A stretch of DNA of 59,253 bases, taken from positions 1-59,253 of the IMG/VR virus record IMGVR_UViG_3300013119_000886; one strand, given 5' to 3'. How positions within the stretch are numbered: position 1 is the stretch's first letter; each line of letters begins with the position of its first letter. Below are positions 35,532 to 45,387 of the stretch, piece by piece. The stretch is from a virus. Lineage: Duplodnaviria; Caudoviricetes. The notes below the pieces were generated by a model. That model was not told where the DNA came from and did no database searches. It was given only the letters and a program-made list of their open reading frames with translations. The translations under genes were made by a program, and so were the position numbers.

Positions 35532-35802
35532 AGAGTTAGCCATATTATCATTAGAAAGGTTTGTTAGTGCTTACGACAATTATATTAGTATAAGGTCATC
35601 ATATTTAGAGAGTCGTCACAAGTTAAATACAGCGTTAGCTCCTGCGTTAGCATTATGGCGTAAAGCAAACAAATTAACTCAAGTTGACGCTGCGGAGATA
35701 TTAGGTTGTGACACAGCTCAGGTATGCAGAGCTGAGCGAATTGTGATAAGCAACACCAAGTTAGCGATTAATTTTTACAAACAAATAACAAGGCAGAAAT
35801 AG
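35503..35802 (+). CDS. XRE-family HTH regulator
   Basis: WRKANKLTQVDAAEILGCDTAQVCRAER. Confidence 0.75.
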   Translation: MMPKNEQGIEELAILSLERFVSAYDNYISIRSSYLESRHKLNTALAPALALWRKANKLTQVDAAEILGCDTAQVCRAERIVISNTKLAINFYKQITRQK

Positions 35803-35804
35803 TT

Positions 35805-36416
35805 ATGGACAAGAAGATATTGTATATAGACGTAGAGACCACAGGTTTAGATTGTCTCAAGCATGAGATAATTCAGTTAGCTGGTATAATAGTAGTAAAT
35901 GGTAGAGCAGAAGAAGAGTTCAATTATCACATAAAGCCATTGCATTTAGATTTAAGTGATATATCATTAGCAGTGGCATTAGAGAAGAGCGGTACAACTA
36001 TGGGTGATTTATCTACTTACACGTTACCTAGTGATATATATGAGGAATTAGTAGGTGTATTGGGCAAGCATGTAAACAAATATAACAGGAATGACAAATA
36101 TTACTTAGCGGGTTATAATATAGGTTTTGATTTAGGTTTTATAAAAGAGTTTTTCAAGAACAACGATGACAAGTATTTGGGCAGTTGGTTAAACTGGAAG
36201 AAGATAGACGTATTAGGTTTATTACATTATTTAGATTATTGCGGGAAGTTATCATTATCAAATTACAGGTTAGAGACAGCGTGTAAATATTTTGGTATAG
36301 GTATAGTTGCTCATGATGCTATGAGTGATATACGTGCTACTATGGAGTTATTATCAATATTACAGCGTGAGTATTTTACATCTTGCCCAGGTAATAGTTA
36401 TGTTGAGTTATGGTAA
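35805..36416 (+). CDS. DEDDh 3'-5' exonuclease (DnaQ-like)
   Basis: IDVETTGL, GYNIGFDL and AHDAMSDI. Confidence 0.92.
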   Translation: MDKKILYIDVETTGLDCLKHEIIQLAGIIVVNGRAEEEFNYHIKPLHLDLSDISLAVALEKSGTTMGDLSTYTLPSDIYEELVGVLGKHVNKYNRNDKYYLAGYNIGFDLGFIKEFFKNNDDKYLGSWLNWKKIDVLGLLHYLDYCGKLSLSNYRLETACKYFGIGIVAHDAMSDIRATMELLSILQREYFTSCPGNSYVELW

Positions 36417-36486
36417 CATAGGAGACGGGGTAATTATGATAATAAGATTGCGTCAGCGGAAAAAGATAGATAAGGAGATATAACTG

Positions 36487-36687
36487 ATGTGTGTTAAGTT
36501 AGAGGAAAAAGATAGATTTAGAGTATATATAGGCAGCGGCAATTTTATAGATAGTGACAATTTACGTTTAAGTATAATTAATAACAACCGTCATGTAGCC
36601 AGTTTTTCTGTTACTAGAAGAGAATTAGAGATAGTAAGAGACAGCATTAACAATTATTTTGATACCAGCGTACAAATTAGAGCTTAG
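36487..36687 (+). CDS. Hypothetical protein
   Basis: AGGAG SD. Confidence 0.55.
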   Translation: MCVKLEEKDRFRVYIGSGNFIDSDNLRLSIINNNRHVASFSVTRRELEIVRDSINNYFDTSVQIRA

Positions 36688-36718
36688 TAAATAACTACAA
36701 TGTAGCAAGGAGAAAGCC

Positions 36719-37390
36719 ATGAAATTAAACAAGCAAAGGGGTAACATGTATCATCACGTAACTCATACAGGCAATGCAATTCGCGGTGAGTGTATATTTT
36801 CCTGCCAGTATTGTTTTATGAAGCGTTGGGTGCAGAATCCTGTAAGATTGGTAGAGAGTGAATTAAGTGGTGATTTAGGTAGTGGCAAGGTTATATTTAT
36901 AGGGAGTAGTACTGACATGTTTGCGTCTAATATTCCTGATGATTGGATAATAAGAACATTAGATTACTGCAGTAATTATCCAGACAACGAGTATTTATTT
37001 CAGAGCAAGAATCCTTATAGGTTTTTAGCATTTACAGATTATTTTCCTATTAACACTACACTAACAACTACTATAGAGACAAACAGAGAATATAATATCT
37101 CATCTGCCCCCAGCATCCGTAATCGTATAAGTGGTATGCGGTGTATAAGCAGGAGTATGTTTAGAACTCAGGTAACTATAGAGCCAATAATGGATTTTGA
37201 CTTAGAGATATTAGTATCAATGATGTCAGAGATAAATCCTGATGTAATAGTGATAGGCGCTGACAGTCAAGACCATAGGTTACCAGAGCCATCATCGAAT
37301 AAGGTAGCTATGTTAGTGGAGAAGTTAGGTGGGGTAGTCAGTGAAGTAATATTAAAAACAAATTTAAAGAGGTTATTGAATAATGCGTGA
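36719..37390 (+). CDS. Radical-SAM-like phage protein (DUF5131/Gp37Gp68-like)
   Basis: CIFSCQYC, IFIGSSTDMF, FQSKNP, TIEP and IVIGA. Confidence 0.75.
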   Translation: MKLNKQRGNMYHHVTHTGNAIRGECIFSCQYCFMKRWVQNPVRLVESELSGDLGSGKVIFIGSSTDMFASNIPDDWIIRTLDYCSNYPDNEYLFQSKNPYRFLAFTDYFPINTTLTTTIETNREYNISSAPSIRNRISGMRCISRSMFRTQVTIEPIMDFDLEILVSMMSEINPDVIVIGADSQDHRLPEPSSNKVAMLVEKLGGVVSEVILKTNLKRLLNNA

Positions 37391-37595
37391 TACAACCAAA
37401 AATTCATATCGCCTAATTTATAGTATAGCATGGTTAACCTTGAATATAATACTATTATGGTCTAACGTAATAGGCTATAATAAGTTTTACACATTAGTAT
37501 TTTACATTTTATGTTGTTGTTGGGCATATACTGTCTATTATTATATTCGCAAAGGAAGTAATTATGCAAAAAAGAAAAGAAGTAATATTAGGTAG
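37383..37595 (+). CDS. Small 2-TM membrane protein
   Basis: Two hydrophobic segments and a basic tail. Confidence 0.5.
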   Translation: MRDTTKNSYRLIYSIAWLTLNIILLWSNVIGYNKFYTLVFYILCCCWAYTVYYYIRKGSNYAKKKRSNIR

Positions 37596-37793
37596 TATAT
37601 TTAATTCAGGGGGATAGTGTAAAGAAAGAATAGCTTGCTCCTATTGTTGCATCTGGGTCAGTTTCTAATTGCAAGCAATGTGGCAAGAAGTTAAGAAATT
37701 ATTAGACTTACAAAAACGCAATCTTGTAAGTAGTGGCATAGTATCAGGTGTTTCAAAGTTAAAAAAGCGCAAGAGGAGGAGTGTAAGTTAATT

Positions 37794-38489
37794 ATGACAA
37801 GCAAAAACAGAGAATTATTAGCTAGTTTGGTTAGTAAAGAGTTATGGTTTCCTAGTTATTTAACTACTGAAATTAACACTAATATAAGCAATGCAGTGAC
37901 CTTAGATATACGCATTGCAGCGCTACATGAAAACGATTCTATAGATGCTGTTCTACCCCGTATAGCTATGGAAATAAGCAATAATTTGAATCGTGCTATC
38001 ACTGATATAGTCATAAATGGCGGGTGTAATGATGTAAATAGTCCGTCTTATCTATCATTATGTTCTGGTATTCGTCATCAAGCATTATTTTCATTTGCAT
38101 GTGATAGGGTTATAAACATTAAATTTATAGACTGGTTATTAAATAAATGTGGCGATAGCAGTGTAATCATATCAGGTTTAGATATATTGACTACTCAGGG
38201 ACATTTATACACAGAAGGCAATAAAAGCAAGTGGCAATTTAGCAGTAAGGTTCGTACAGACTTAGACACATATGGTAAACTTGCTGTAGAGGGTGGTAAT
38301 CATACTATAATAATCGTTGTCAATCCTGCTAATTTGGTATTAAAATACAGTAATATAATAGACATTAACGGCAACGCGCCCTTAATTAGGGTTTCATTTC
38401 ATTTTGATTTCACTATAACCGATAATACCAATTGCAACATAATATCCAATATACCTGTTATAAATTCTAAACCATATTATTACGGTTAG
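37794..38489 (+). CDS. Hypothetical protein, resembles a truncated HK97-fold major capsid protein
   Basis: IAMEISNNLNRAITDIVINGG...LSLCSGIRHQA and IIVVNPANLVL...FHFDF. Confidence 0.4.
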   Translation: MTSKNRELLASLVSKELWFPSYLTTEINTNISNAVTLDIRIAALHENDSIDAVLPRIAMEISNNLNRAITDIVINGGCNDVNSPSYLSLCSGIRHQALFSFACDRVINIKFIDWLLNKCGDSSVIISGLDILTTQGHLYTEGNKSKWQFSSKVRTDLDTYGKLAVEGGNHTIIIVVNPANLVLKYSNIIDINGNAPLIRVSFHFDFTITDNTNCNIISNIPVINSKPYYYG

Positions 38490-38508
38490 TTAAACAGGAG
38501 TTATAAAT

Positions 38509-38901
38509 ATGAAAGTATACATTTTAACTACGGGTGATTATAGTGCATATACAGTAGCGTATGCAGCTAGTAGTTTAGAGAAAGCAAAAGAAATCATGTC
38601 ATTATATCCTCAGAACAAGTACGACGATTGGAATGCGCCATTAGAAATGGAGTTAGATGCTTTACTCCCTTCCAAAAACGGTACAGAGTATGAAGTTATA
38701 TTTACTTTAGATTCATTAGAGTTGCACTCTATAAAGAAAACGGAGAATATTGGTCTACCTAATCCTTGTGAAGTATATCGACAAACCTATTATCCCGATT
38801 ACAATTCTGAGTATTTATCTACTTATGTAGTAGCTATTGACAAACAATCAGCAATTAAGATTGCTTCAGAACGTTTTCGTGAGTACAAATCGAGAATATA
38901 G
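38509..38901 (+). CDS. Hypothetical phage protein
   Basis: MKVYILTTGDYSAY...SSLEKAKE; AGGAG SD. Confidence 0.65.
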   Translation: MKVYILTTGDYSAYTVAYAASSLEKAKEIMSLYPQNKYDDWNAPLEMELDALLPSKNGTEYEVIFTLDSLELHSIKKTENIGLPNPCEVYRQTYYPDYNSEYLSTYVVAIDKQSAIKIASERFREYKSRI

Positions 38902-39074
38902 TTAATTATTAGTTGTACTAGATACTAACATTAGGCTAGTGAACGGCACTTGTGTAAAATTTCATTACATTCAATTTTCACTTAAAAGTGCCTAAAGTAC
39001 CCATAAGGAGGTTAATATAGATAAGAAGGACATTGCTCAAGCCAGTATTTATGGGGGTTTATTTTGTCGAGCGC

Positions 39075-39227
39075 GTTAAATTTTTTAACAACTGCTCCCG
39101 GGGGCCCAGTGTTTATAGGGGTCGAAAAATCAGTTGTTAATTTTTTTAACAACTGCCTTCAGGTCAATAGTAGCATAGGTTAGAAGGCCGTTTTTGCCAA
39201 AATCGACGTTAATTTTTTTAACAACTG
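39075..39227. repeat. Three direct repeats GTTAAWTTTTTTAACAACTG (iteron-like)
   Basis: Copies at about 39075, 39136 and 39208, separated by GC-richer spacers. Confidence 0.8.
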
Positions 39228-39271
39228 ATTCTGCAAGCCCTTATTGCCACTGGGTTCATCCGGGAAAACTG

Positions 39272-39592
39272 CTATTTAAACCAGCATTTTTTATGTAGAA
39301 ATTCATACTGTTTAACATTCTTTTCTTTCGTATTTTTGGCAATAATAATTTTAGATTCAATCAAGTTTTTTCTACATTTAGCCACTGTTTGTCTTGTTAA
39401 GTTATATTTTTTAGCTATATCAATATTACTAATATCACTAAACATAGCTTTATGGTTATAAAAGGCATCTCTTACCATTGCGCCATATACTTTGACTTCA
39501 TTACCAGGTAGTCTTTGGAGTAATTCATCTGGCAATTTGGCAAAATTATTGCTTGGTTCATCCATAATACTAATTCTTGGTAGTTTTGCCAT
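39272..39592 (-). CDS. Winged-HTH protein resembling a Rep N-terminal domain
   Basis: FAKLPDELL...EVKVY...SNIDIAKKYNLTRQTVAKCRKNLIESKII. Confidence 0.65.
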   Translation of the reverse strand: MAKLPRISIMDEPSNNFAKLPDELLQRLPGNEVKVYGAMVRDAFYNHKAMFSDISNIDIAKKYNLTRQTVAKCRKNLIESKIIIAKNTKEKNVKQYEFLHKKCWFK

Positions 39593-39618
39593 TATTACTC
39601 TCCTGCATTAAAGGATGA

Positions 39619-39792
39619 TTAGCTATTTTTTTTTGCCAAGTGTATCCATTTTTTAATTTCATCTAAATCAAATCGCCATTGTCCACCTACTCGATATGCT
39701 GGAAAATCAGGATACTTATTCATCCAGCGATATAAAGTTGTTCTATGTATTTTTAATTCTTCGCATACTTCTTTTGCTTTAATGAACATCAT
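39619..39792 (-). CDS. Excisionase/AlpA-like HTH protein (not in ORF track)
   Basis: MMFIKAKEVCEELKIHRTTLYRWMNKYPDFPAYRVGGQWRFDLDEIKKW; AGGAG SD. Confidence 0.85.
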   Translation of the reverse strand: MMFIKAKEVCEELKIHRTTLYRWMNKYPDFPAYRVGGQWRFDLDEIKKWIHLAKKNS

Positions 39793-39860
39793 TTACTCCT
39801 CGCAGCTTGTTTCAAAATGCACTATAATGCACCATATTGTAGCATAACCGGTAAAATAAG

Positions 39861-40046
39861 TCAAGATTCCATTTCCTTTAATTGTGCAATTTGTTCTTTA
39901 ATATTCCTTTTTGTTAGATATTCATCAAGTGCCTCGTTGAATATTTCAGTGAAGTTTTTATCAAGGATAGCAGAAGCTATACCCAGTAATTGTCTTTTAT
40001 TCACATCAATATAGACTGTTGTTCTTTTTTTCTTATTTTCATTCAT
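39861..40046 (-). CDS. Ribbon-helix-helix-like regulator
   Basis: KRTTVYID...FTEIFNEALDEYL. Confidence 0.65.
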   Translation of the reverse strand: MNENKKKRTTVYIDVNKRQLLGIASAILDKNFTEIFNEALDEYLTKRNIKEQIAQLKEMES

Positions 40047-40123
40047 TATTATGTCAACCTTTCAAATAGATAATCGTTTATTGCAACATATAAACTACAA
40101 AGTGTCAATTATGGTTTACAATA

Positions 40124-40765
40124 ATGTCATATAAAGATTATTTACAGTCATGTCATTGGCAAGAGATATTAGAACGTGATAGTAACACCTGTGTTGAGTG
40201 TGGGTGTACTAGCGATTTGCATGTTCATCATATTAGTTATGACAATAGAGGAAATGAAACTGGCAATGATTTAGAAACATTATGCAAAAATTGCCATAGA
40301 GATAGGCATTGTGAAGAGTTAATATTAACATCTAGGAATAAATTTTTCACAAAGTTATTTAGGTTACCTGAGTTTAGTATTAATACTTATACGGGATATT
40401 TTTGTTCATTATTACCATTCTTAGAAAAAAACACCAATAGATTAGTCGGAAGGAAAAAGAGCGATAATGGAATGGTTAATATTCCTCTAAGCAATAAGCA
40501 TCTGACAGGAATATTAGGCATTTCAAGAACTTCATTTTACCGTTTTATGAAAGAGTGTAAGTATAATAGCTATATTGTCATCAAGAATGGAAATTATTAT
40601 ATTTCACCTATTTATGCCATGAATGGTCAGGGCGTATCTGTAGAGCTGTATTTATGTTTTAAAGGCGTGGAGGAGCTAGAGGATGCTTTAACTGATTCTG
40701 AGAGGGAAAAGATAAGGGCTTATTTATTAGACAATCCAGAGGATGATATAGGTGGAAACAATTAA
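40124..40765 (+). CDS. HNH endonuclease fused to C-terminal HTH domain
   Basis: RDSNTCVECG...LHVHH...LETLCKNCH...H and LTGILGISRTSFYRFM. Confidence 0.85.
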   Translation: MSYKDYLQSCHWQEILERDSNTCVECGCTSDLHVHHISYDNRGNETGNDLETLCKNCHRDRHCEELILTSRNKFFTKLFRLPEFSINTYTGYFCSLLPFLEKNTNRLVGRKKSDNGMVNIPLSNKHLTGILGISRTSFYRFMKECKYNSYIVIKNGNYYISPIYAMNGQGVSVELYLCFKGVEELEDALTDSEREKIRAYLLDNPEDDIGGNN

Positions 40766-40899
40766 CGTAAAAGACAATCCATTAGGTGAATTCGTAGAAG
40801 TTAATACCAAGTTATTATCATTACTTACAAGTTATGAGGTGCATGTGTGCTTTTGATGTCAATATACCACTTAATAATAGAAACAAATGAGGATAAATA

Positions 40900-41241
40900 A
40901 TGGATACATCAGAAAAGTATTGCAAAATGTGCAGGCAGGCTAAAGAGTTTCAGGAGAGAAATATGGTGTTTGCTACCAATGATAACCAAATATTAACAGG
41001 AGATGAAATTACTTGGTTGCCTAGACAAAGTGAATACCAGGCAATTATAATAGATCAACACAAAGGCAACTACAATATACATAATTGTCTATGTGACTTT
41101 GCTAGTTGGCACAATAAAATTAGATATGAGCAGGAGAAGGATTTATCTACTGCCGAACAATTATGGTTAGCATTTGTTATGGAAAAGAAATACAATAAAC
41201 GATGGGATGGTAATGATTGGATTAAAATAGGAGATAAGTAA
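40900..41241 (+). CDS. Hypothetical phage protein
   Basis: WLPRQ...EQLWLAFVM...WDGNDW. Confidence 0.65.
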   Translation: MDTSEKYCKMCRQAKEFQERNMVFATNDNQILTGDEITWLPRQSEYQAIIIDQHKGNYNIHNCLCDFASWHNKIRYEQEKDLSTAEQLWLAFVMEKKYNKRWDGNDWIKIGDK

Positions 41242-41400
41242 CATGAAGGAAAATTCAGAGAGAGAGATTTTGGAAACTCCAAGCATGCTTGAGAGTGGTC
41301 CACACTGGGATAAGTCAGAGTTTAATGTTAAAAATATGACAGAGGAACTTAAAGTGACATATTAAATACTAATAATGAATAGAGCGAGGAAACAAGAAAA

Positions 41401-41649
41401 ATGAAAATATACAAATGTGACATATGCTCAGTATTGCTTGATGATAGTCCTTACTATAGTATAAGCGATATAGAATTTCATTCGGGAAAAGAGGATAATT
41501 ACACCTTAATTACAAATAGCACTGATACTAGTACAACTAATGACACAATACAAAGTTGGGTTAGTTATGCTGATATGCACTTTTGCGAGTGTTGCTGGAA
41601 TAAATTAGAGGTTGCAAAGATAATTGAAGAAAGATTAAGGAGCAAATGA
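41401..41649 (+). CDS. Zn-finger hypothetical protein
   Basis: CDIC and CECC. Confidence 0.6.
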   Translation: MKIYKCDICSVLLDDSPYYSISDIEFHSGKEDNYTLITNSTDTSTTNDTIQSWVSYADMHFCECCWNKLEVAKIIEERLRSK

Positions 41650-42239
41650 AAATGTACGTTAAAGCGGTTTTATCTGTCCGCAGATACAAAGCAGGATATG
41701 AAGTTAGGGAAGAGCTTGTCGCTGGCAACCAATTTGATATGGATGATATTAAAGTGAAGACAGCATATACACCAGATGGTCACTATATTGGTGATTCTAA
41801 AACAGCGTATCGACTGTGTAAAAAGCGGGGTATAAAGCCAGAACCGATTGATTCAGAACACAACGTATGTTCAATCGGGTTCTGCGAAAAAGAACAGAAA
41901 TGGTATGGTTGGTCTCACCGAGCTATTTATGGTTTTGGGATTGGCTCAACTTGCAAAAAGGGTGATTGCCATTACGTTCCAACATCTTTTGAGGAAATAC
42001 AAGTAGATTGTTACGCAAAAGAAGAAGATGATTGTGTAGCAAATTGCACCGTTGCTTTAGAACCTGTTAATCCCGATGAGCCAGAAAGGGTACAAAGAGC
42101 TATCCCTGATTCTGAAGAAGGGCGTTGCGTTTGTGCTCAAGAAAACTGTGTCTTTGAAGTTGGGCGTGGTGAATGGGTCGCCAAAACTTTAGATGACGCC
42201 AAACAAATGGCAGTTGATTTTGCTAAAAGTGTTGCATAG
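41646..42239 (+). CDS. Hypothetical phage protein
   Basis: CSIGFCEKEQKWYGWSHRAIYGFGIG...AKTLDDAKQMAVDFA. Confidence 0.7.
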   Translation: MKMYVKAVLSVRRYKAGYEVREELVAGNQFDMDDIKVKTAYTPDGHYIGDSKTAYRLCKKRGIKPEPIDSEHNVCSIGFCEKEQKWYGWSHRAIYGFGIGSTCKKGDCHYVPTSFEEIQVDCYAKEEDDCVANCTVALEPVNPDEPERVQRAIPDSEEGRCVCAQENCVFEVGRGEWVAKTLDDAKQMAVDFAKSVA

Positions 42240-42300
42240 GTTTTAATTATCAGAAGAATGTTACCACCATGGGCATAACAGGTAAGGAGGTGAAAACATT

Positions 42301-42765
42301 ATGAGGCTAATACGGTTGGCTATATTATCACTTACTGCTACAGTTTTATTTATGTTATTTATAGTATTTGCCTTATTGTTGTGGCTTAGTGGATGTTCTG
42401 TTGTGGAAGATATAGAAGACAGCATTTCAATTGAGGGTAAGTGGGTTGGTACTGTAATGATAGCAACACTTAGTGAAAAGAACCCGTACCATAATTATGA
42501 TTTATCTGTGGAGTTCACGTTATCTCATGGTAATAATATAGGGTTATTGAGTGGCGTAGTAACTCATCCATTGTGGGGTGAGGGTGACATAACAAGTGGT
42601 ACATTTGATGGTAAGAATATTGAGTTTACAGTATCTTATGATACTACTATCCTGCTACCTGAGATATTGACCGATGAGGTAACAGGTGTTTACAGTAATG
42701 GTGAGATAGTAGGCACTTGGGATAAGCGATTTGATGAACCATTCATGTTATATAAAGTTGAGTAA
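42301..42765 (+). CDS. Putative lipoprotein
   Basis: Hydrophobic leader with LSGC lipobox; beta-rich body. Confidence 0.65.
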   Translation: MRLIRLAILSLTATVLFMLFIVFALLLWLSGCSVVEDIEDSISIEGKWVGTVMIATLSEKNPYHNYDLSVEFTLSHGNNIGLLSGVVTHPLWGEGDITSGTFDGKNIEFTVSYDTTILLPEILTDEVTGVYSNGEIVGTWDKRFDEPFMLYKVE

Positions 42766-42785
42766 TTATTATGTTGGGGTGATAA

Positions 42786-43127
42786 ATGACTGATATATCT
42801 TGGGATAATGTAATCATTTGCGATTGTACAACAGACTATACAATAATAGATTGGGATGCGTTGGCAAGTAATATTAGTAGTTACGACTGGCTTATCAATG
42901 ATACTTTAATAGTAACTGAAGTTAAGCCTGAAGCAACTTACATTAACGGGTCTAGGTTAAAAGAGGGTGAAGTAAGGCCTGACCCGTTTTGGTTGGGATT
43001 TACTGATATATGTTTGCCTATATTAAATTATGTAATGTACATCCGAGTTTTCAGAATTATGTTATTTGGTGCTTACTCTAGAAAGTATGATAGGGTCAGA
43101 AAGTTTAGAAAGAGGAGGTTATTTTAG
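42786..43127 (+). CDS. Hypothetical protein
   Basis: Co-oriented ORF. Confidence 0.5.
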   Translation: MTDISWDNVIICDCTTDYTIIDWDALASNISSYDWLINDTLIVTEVKPEATYINGSRLKEGEVRPDPFWLGFTDICLPILNYVMYIRVFRIMLFGAYSRKYDRVRKFRKRRLF

Positions 43128-43336
43128 ATTGAAAGATGAATTAACAAAGTTGTTATTGGAAGAGATTGGGTATAGTGAAGAGAGATGTGAATCGTGCTGC
43201 CATTATTTTGTAGATGAGGGCACTATTGATAGGGATTTTGTAGATAGTTGTGGGCAGTTTAGGCAATTAGTATTTAGAGTAGATAAAAAGGGGATATGCA
43301 AGAATCATAGTAGAAAGTAAAGATGTATAGCGTTTT

Positions 43337-43408
43337 TCTGGCGTAGCTCAATGGTAGAGCGTGTGGTTGTTAACCACGAGGTTGCTGGTTCGAGCCCAGC
43401 CGCCAGAG
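43337..43408 (+). tRNA. tRNA-Asn (GTT), CCA not encoded
   Basis: TCTGGCG/CGCCAGA acceptor, GCTC/GAGC D-arm, TGTGG TTGTTAA CCACG anticodon arm, GCTGG TTCGAGC CCAGC T-arm. Confidence 0.95.
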
Positions 43409-43698
43409 TTTAATTAACAGGATACAAGATGTGGTCACATAATATTATAGACAAGTATTCACATATACCAGAACCAACCAAATCAGCATTAAAGAAATAT
43501 TTATTTGCATATTCGCTATGGATTTTATAGTTCGATTACCTATCATAATTACTTGGCACTTGATAATTTGTGTTATATTTGCTATAGTAGGAGTAATCTC
43601 ATTGATAATGTTTACTCGGTGTTTGTTTAGTAAGGAGAAGTAAAGTGACAATTGTTTATTGCATCAAAACCTGATATTGTTAAAGCAAAGGAGTTATT

Positions 43699-44757
43699 AT
43701 GAGCGATAGAGCTTTAGCTACAATAAGAAGAATATCTGATGTTCAACCAATCGAGGGTGCAGACAGGATAGAAGTGGCAACTGTGGATGGGTGGCAAGTA
43801 GTAGTTAAGAAGGGTGAATTTAGTGTTGGTGATTTAGGTGTATACTTTGAGATTGATTCTTTCCTGCCTGTTGATGAGCGTTATGAGTTTTTAAGAAAGA
43901 GTTCTTACAAAAAGTTTAGTGATGGCAGAGAAGGATTTAGAATTAAAACTATAAAGTTAAAGAAGCAAGTTAGTCAAGGATTGTTGTTGCCCTTAGCGGA
44001 ATTTCCTGAGATTAATCCTTTACTTAGTGACAATGTAGATATAACAAAAGTATTAGGAGTTAAGTTATATGAACCACCTATGCCTGTTCATATGGGCGGC
44101 GATCCTAAATCAACAAGGCCGTGGTTTATACCTAAGACTGACCAAGAGAGAATACAAAATAATCTAAAGTATTGGGAAGAATATAAAGATACTAATTTCG
44201 AGATTTCAGAAAAAGTCGATGGAACGAGTTGCACGTGGTTCTATAAAGATGGTGAATTTGGTATTTGTTCTAGGAATTTATTATATGGAGAAGAGAGTGA
44301 TAGTATCTATGCAGTAGTAGCCAGGGATGTTGAGATTAGTGAGGTGCTAGAGCAATTATGTAAGGATAATGGTGAAAACTTGGCATTGCAAGGTGAAATA
44401 ATTGGGCCTAGTATACAGGGTAATCCTTACAAGTTAGATAAGCCTCAGTTTTTCTTATTTGATATTTATGATATAGACAATCAGAAATATTTAATTGCTG
44501 GTGAAAGGCTTAAAATTGTGGAAAGTTTAAATAACTTACTTTGCTTGCATCACGTTCCTGTAATTGATATTCAGTCACAAATATTTAGTACAATTAGTAA
44601 CATTGATGGTTTATTAGTTTTTGCTGAGGGCAAATCCTTATTGAATAGTGATGTAGAACGTGAGGGTATAGTATTTAAGGCTTTAGAAGCTGATGATTAT
44701 GGTGAGATTCTGTCATTTAAAGTTATTAGTAACCAGTACTTATTAAAAAGCAAGTGA
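43699..44757 (+). CDS. ATP-dependent RNA ligase, DRB0094 family
   Basis: N-terminal PIEGADRIEVA..GWQVVV..YFEIDS domain; motif I EKVDG, LQGEIIG, FDI, REGIVFK and SFKVISNQYLL. Confidence 0.92.
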   Translation: MSDRALATIRRISDVQPIEGADRIEVATVDGWQVVVKKGEFSVGDLGVYFEIDSFLPVDERYEFLRKSSYKKFSDGREGFRIKTIKLKKQVSQGLLLPLAEFPEINPLLSDNVDITKVLGVKLYEPPMPVHMGGDPKSTRPWFIPKTDQERIQNNLKYWEEYKDTNFEISEKVDGTSCTWFYKDGEFGICSRNLLYGEESDSIYAVVARDVEISEVLEQLCKDNGENLALQGEIIGPSIQGNPYKLDKPQFFLFDIYDIDNQKYLIAGERLKIVESLNNLLCLHHVPVIDIQSQIFSTISNIDGLLVFAEGKSLLNSDVEREGIVFKALEADDYGEILSFKVISNQYLLKSK

Positions 44758-44890
44758 GAGGCGACACAAGCCGTTTATAACAATGGCTCATAGGTATATA
44801 GTCAATAATGTAAAACAAGTGGCTTAAAACTGAAATAAGAGGGTCTCAAATAAGAACTTTGAAAACCACAAATACAATGGAGGTGATTGT

Positions 44891-45154
44891 ATGTATTCTG
44901 CTATAATAGCCGTTTCAACTGATAAAAGTAAAATTGGTGTGATATTATTTGGTAATAGAGTAATAACTGATGAAGATGTATTGTTTCAATATCCTGGTAT
45001 TAACAATATAAACAGAGATGGCAACAAAATGGTTGTTTTAGATGTTGAGCCATCTGCTGTAGAGAATATTGCTAATGATATTAAATCTAAGATAAAGCAA
45101 ATATATCAAGTAGAGGATAACAGTATTGTAGTAATTACAGTTAGTGAGGATTAG
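44891..45154 (+). CDS. Hypothetical protein
   Basis: GGAGG SD. Confidence 0.55.
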   Translation: MYSAIIAVSTDKSKIGVILFGNRVITDEDVLFQYPGINNINRDGNKMVVLDVEPSAVENIANDIKSKIKQIYQVEDNSIVVITVSED

Positions 45155-45159
45155 ACAAT

Positions 45160-45354
45160 ATGTCAAAATGGACAGAAGAAGAAGATAATATTATGCGTAG
45201 TGAGTATTCTGTTATAGGTGCTGTTGAAACTAGTAAACTGTTGCCAAATAGAACTCATCAAGCAGTTATGAAAAGAGCCAGTAAATTAGGTATAAAAGTT
45301 CACAAACAAAAGAGAATGGCTAAGATAGTAAGTAGAGGGATGTTGGTAAAATAA
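45160..45354 (+). CDS. Small Myb/SANT-like HTH protein
   Basis: KWTEEED...LPNRTHQAVMKRASKLGI. Confidence 0.65.
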   Translation: MSKWTEEEDNIMRSEYSVIGAVETSKLLPNRTHQAVMKRASKLGIKVHKQKRMAKIVSRGMLVK

Positions 45355-45387
45355 AGTATAAGTTAATAAAAAAGGAGAAATCAAAAA

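Noticed and set aside
39619-39792. Integration module implied by the excisionase-like gene
   Set aside because: No integrase or att duplication is visible in the window, so a temperate lifestyle cannot be claimed.
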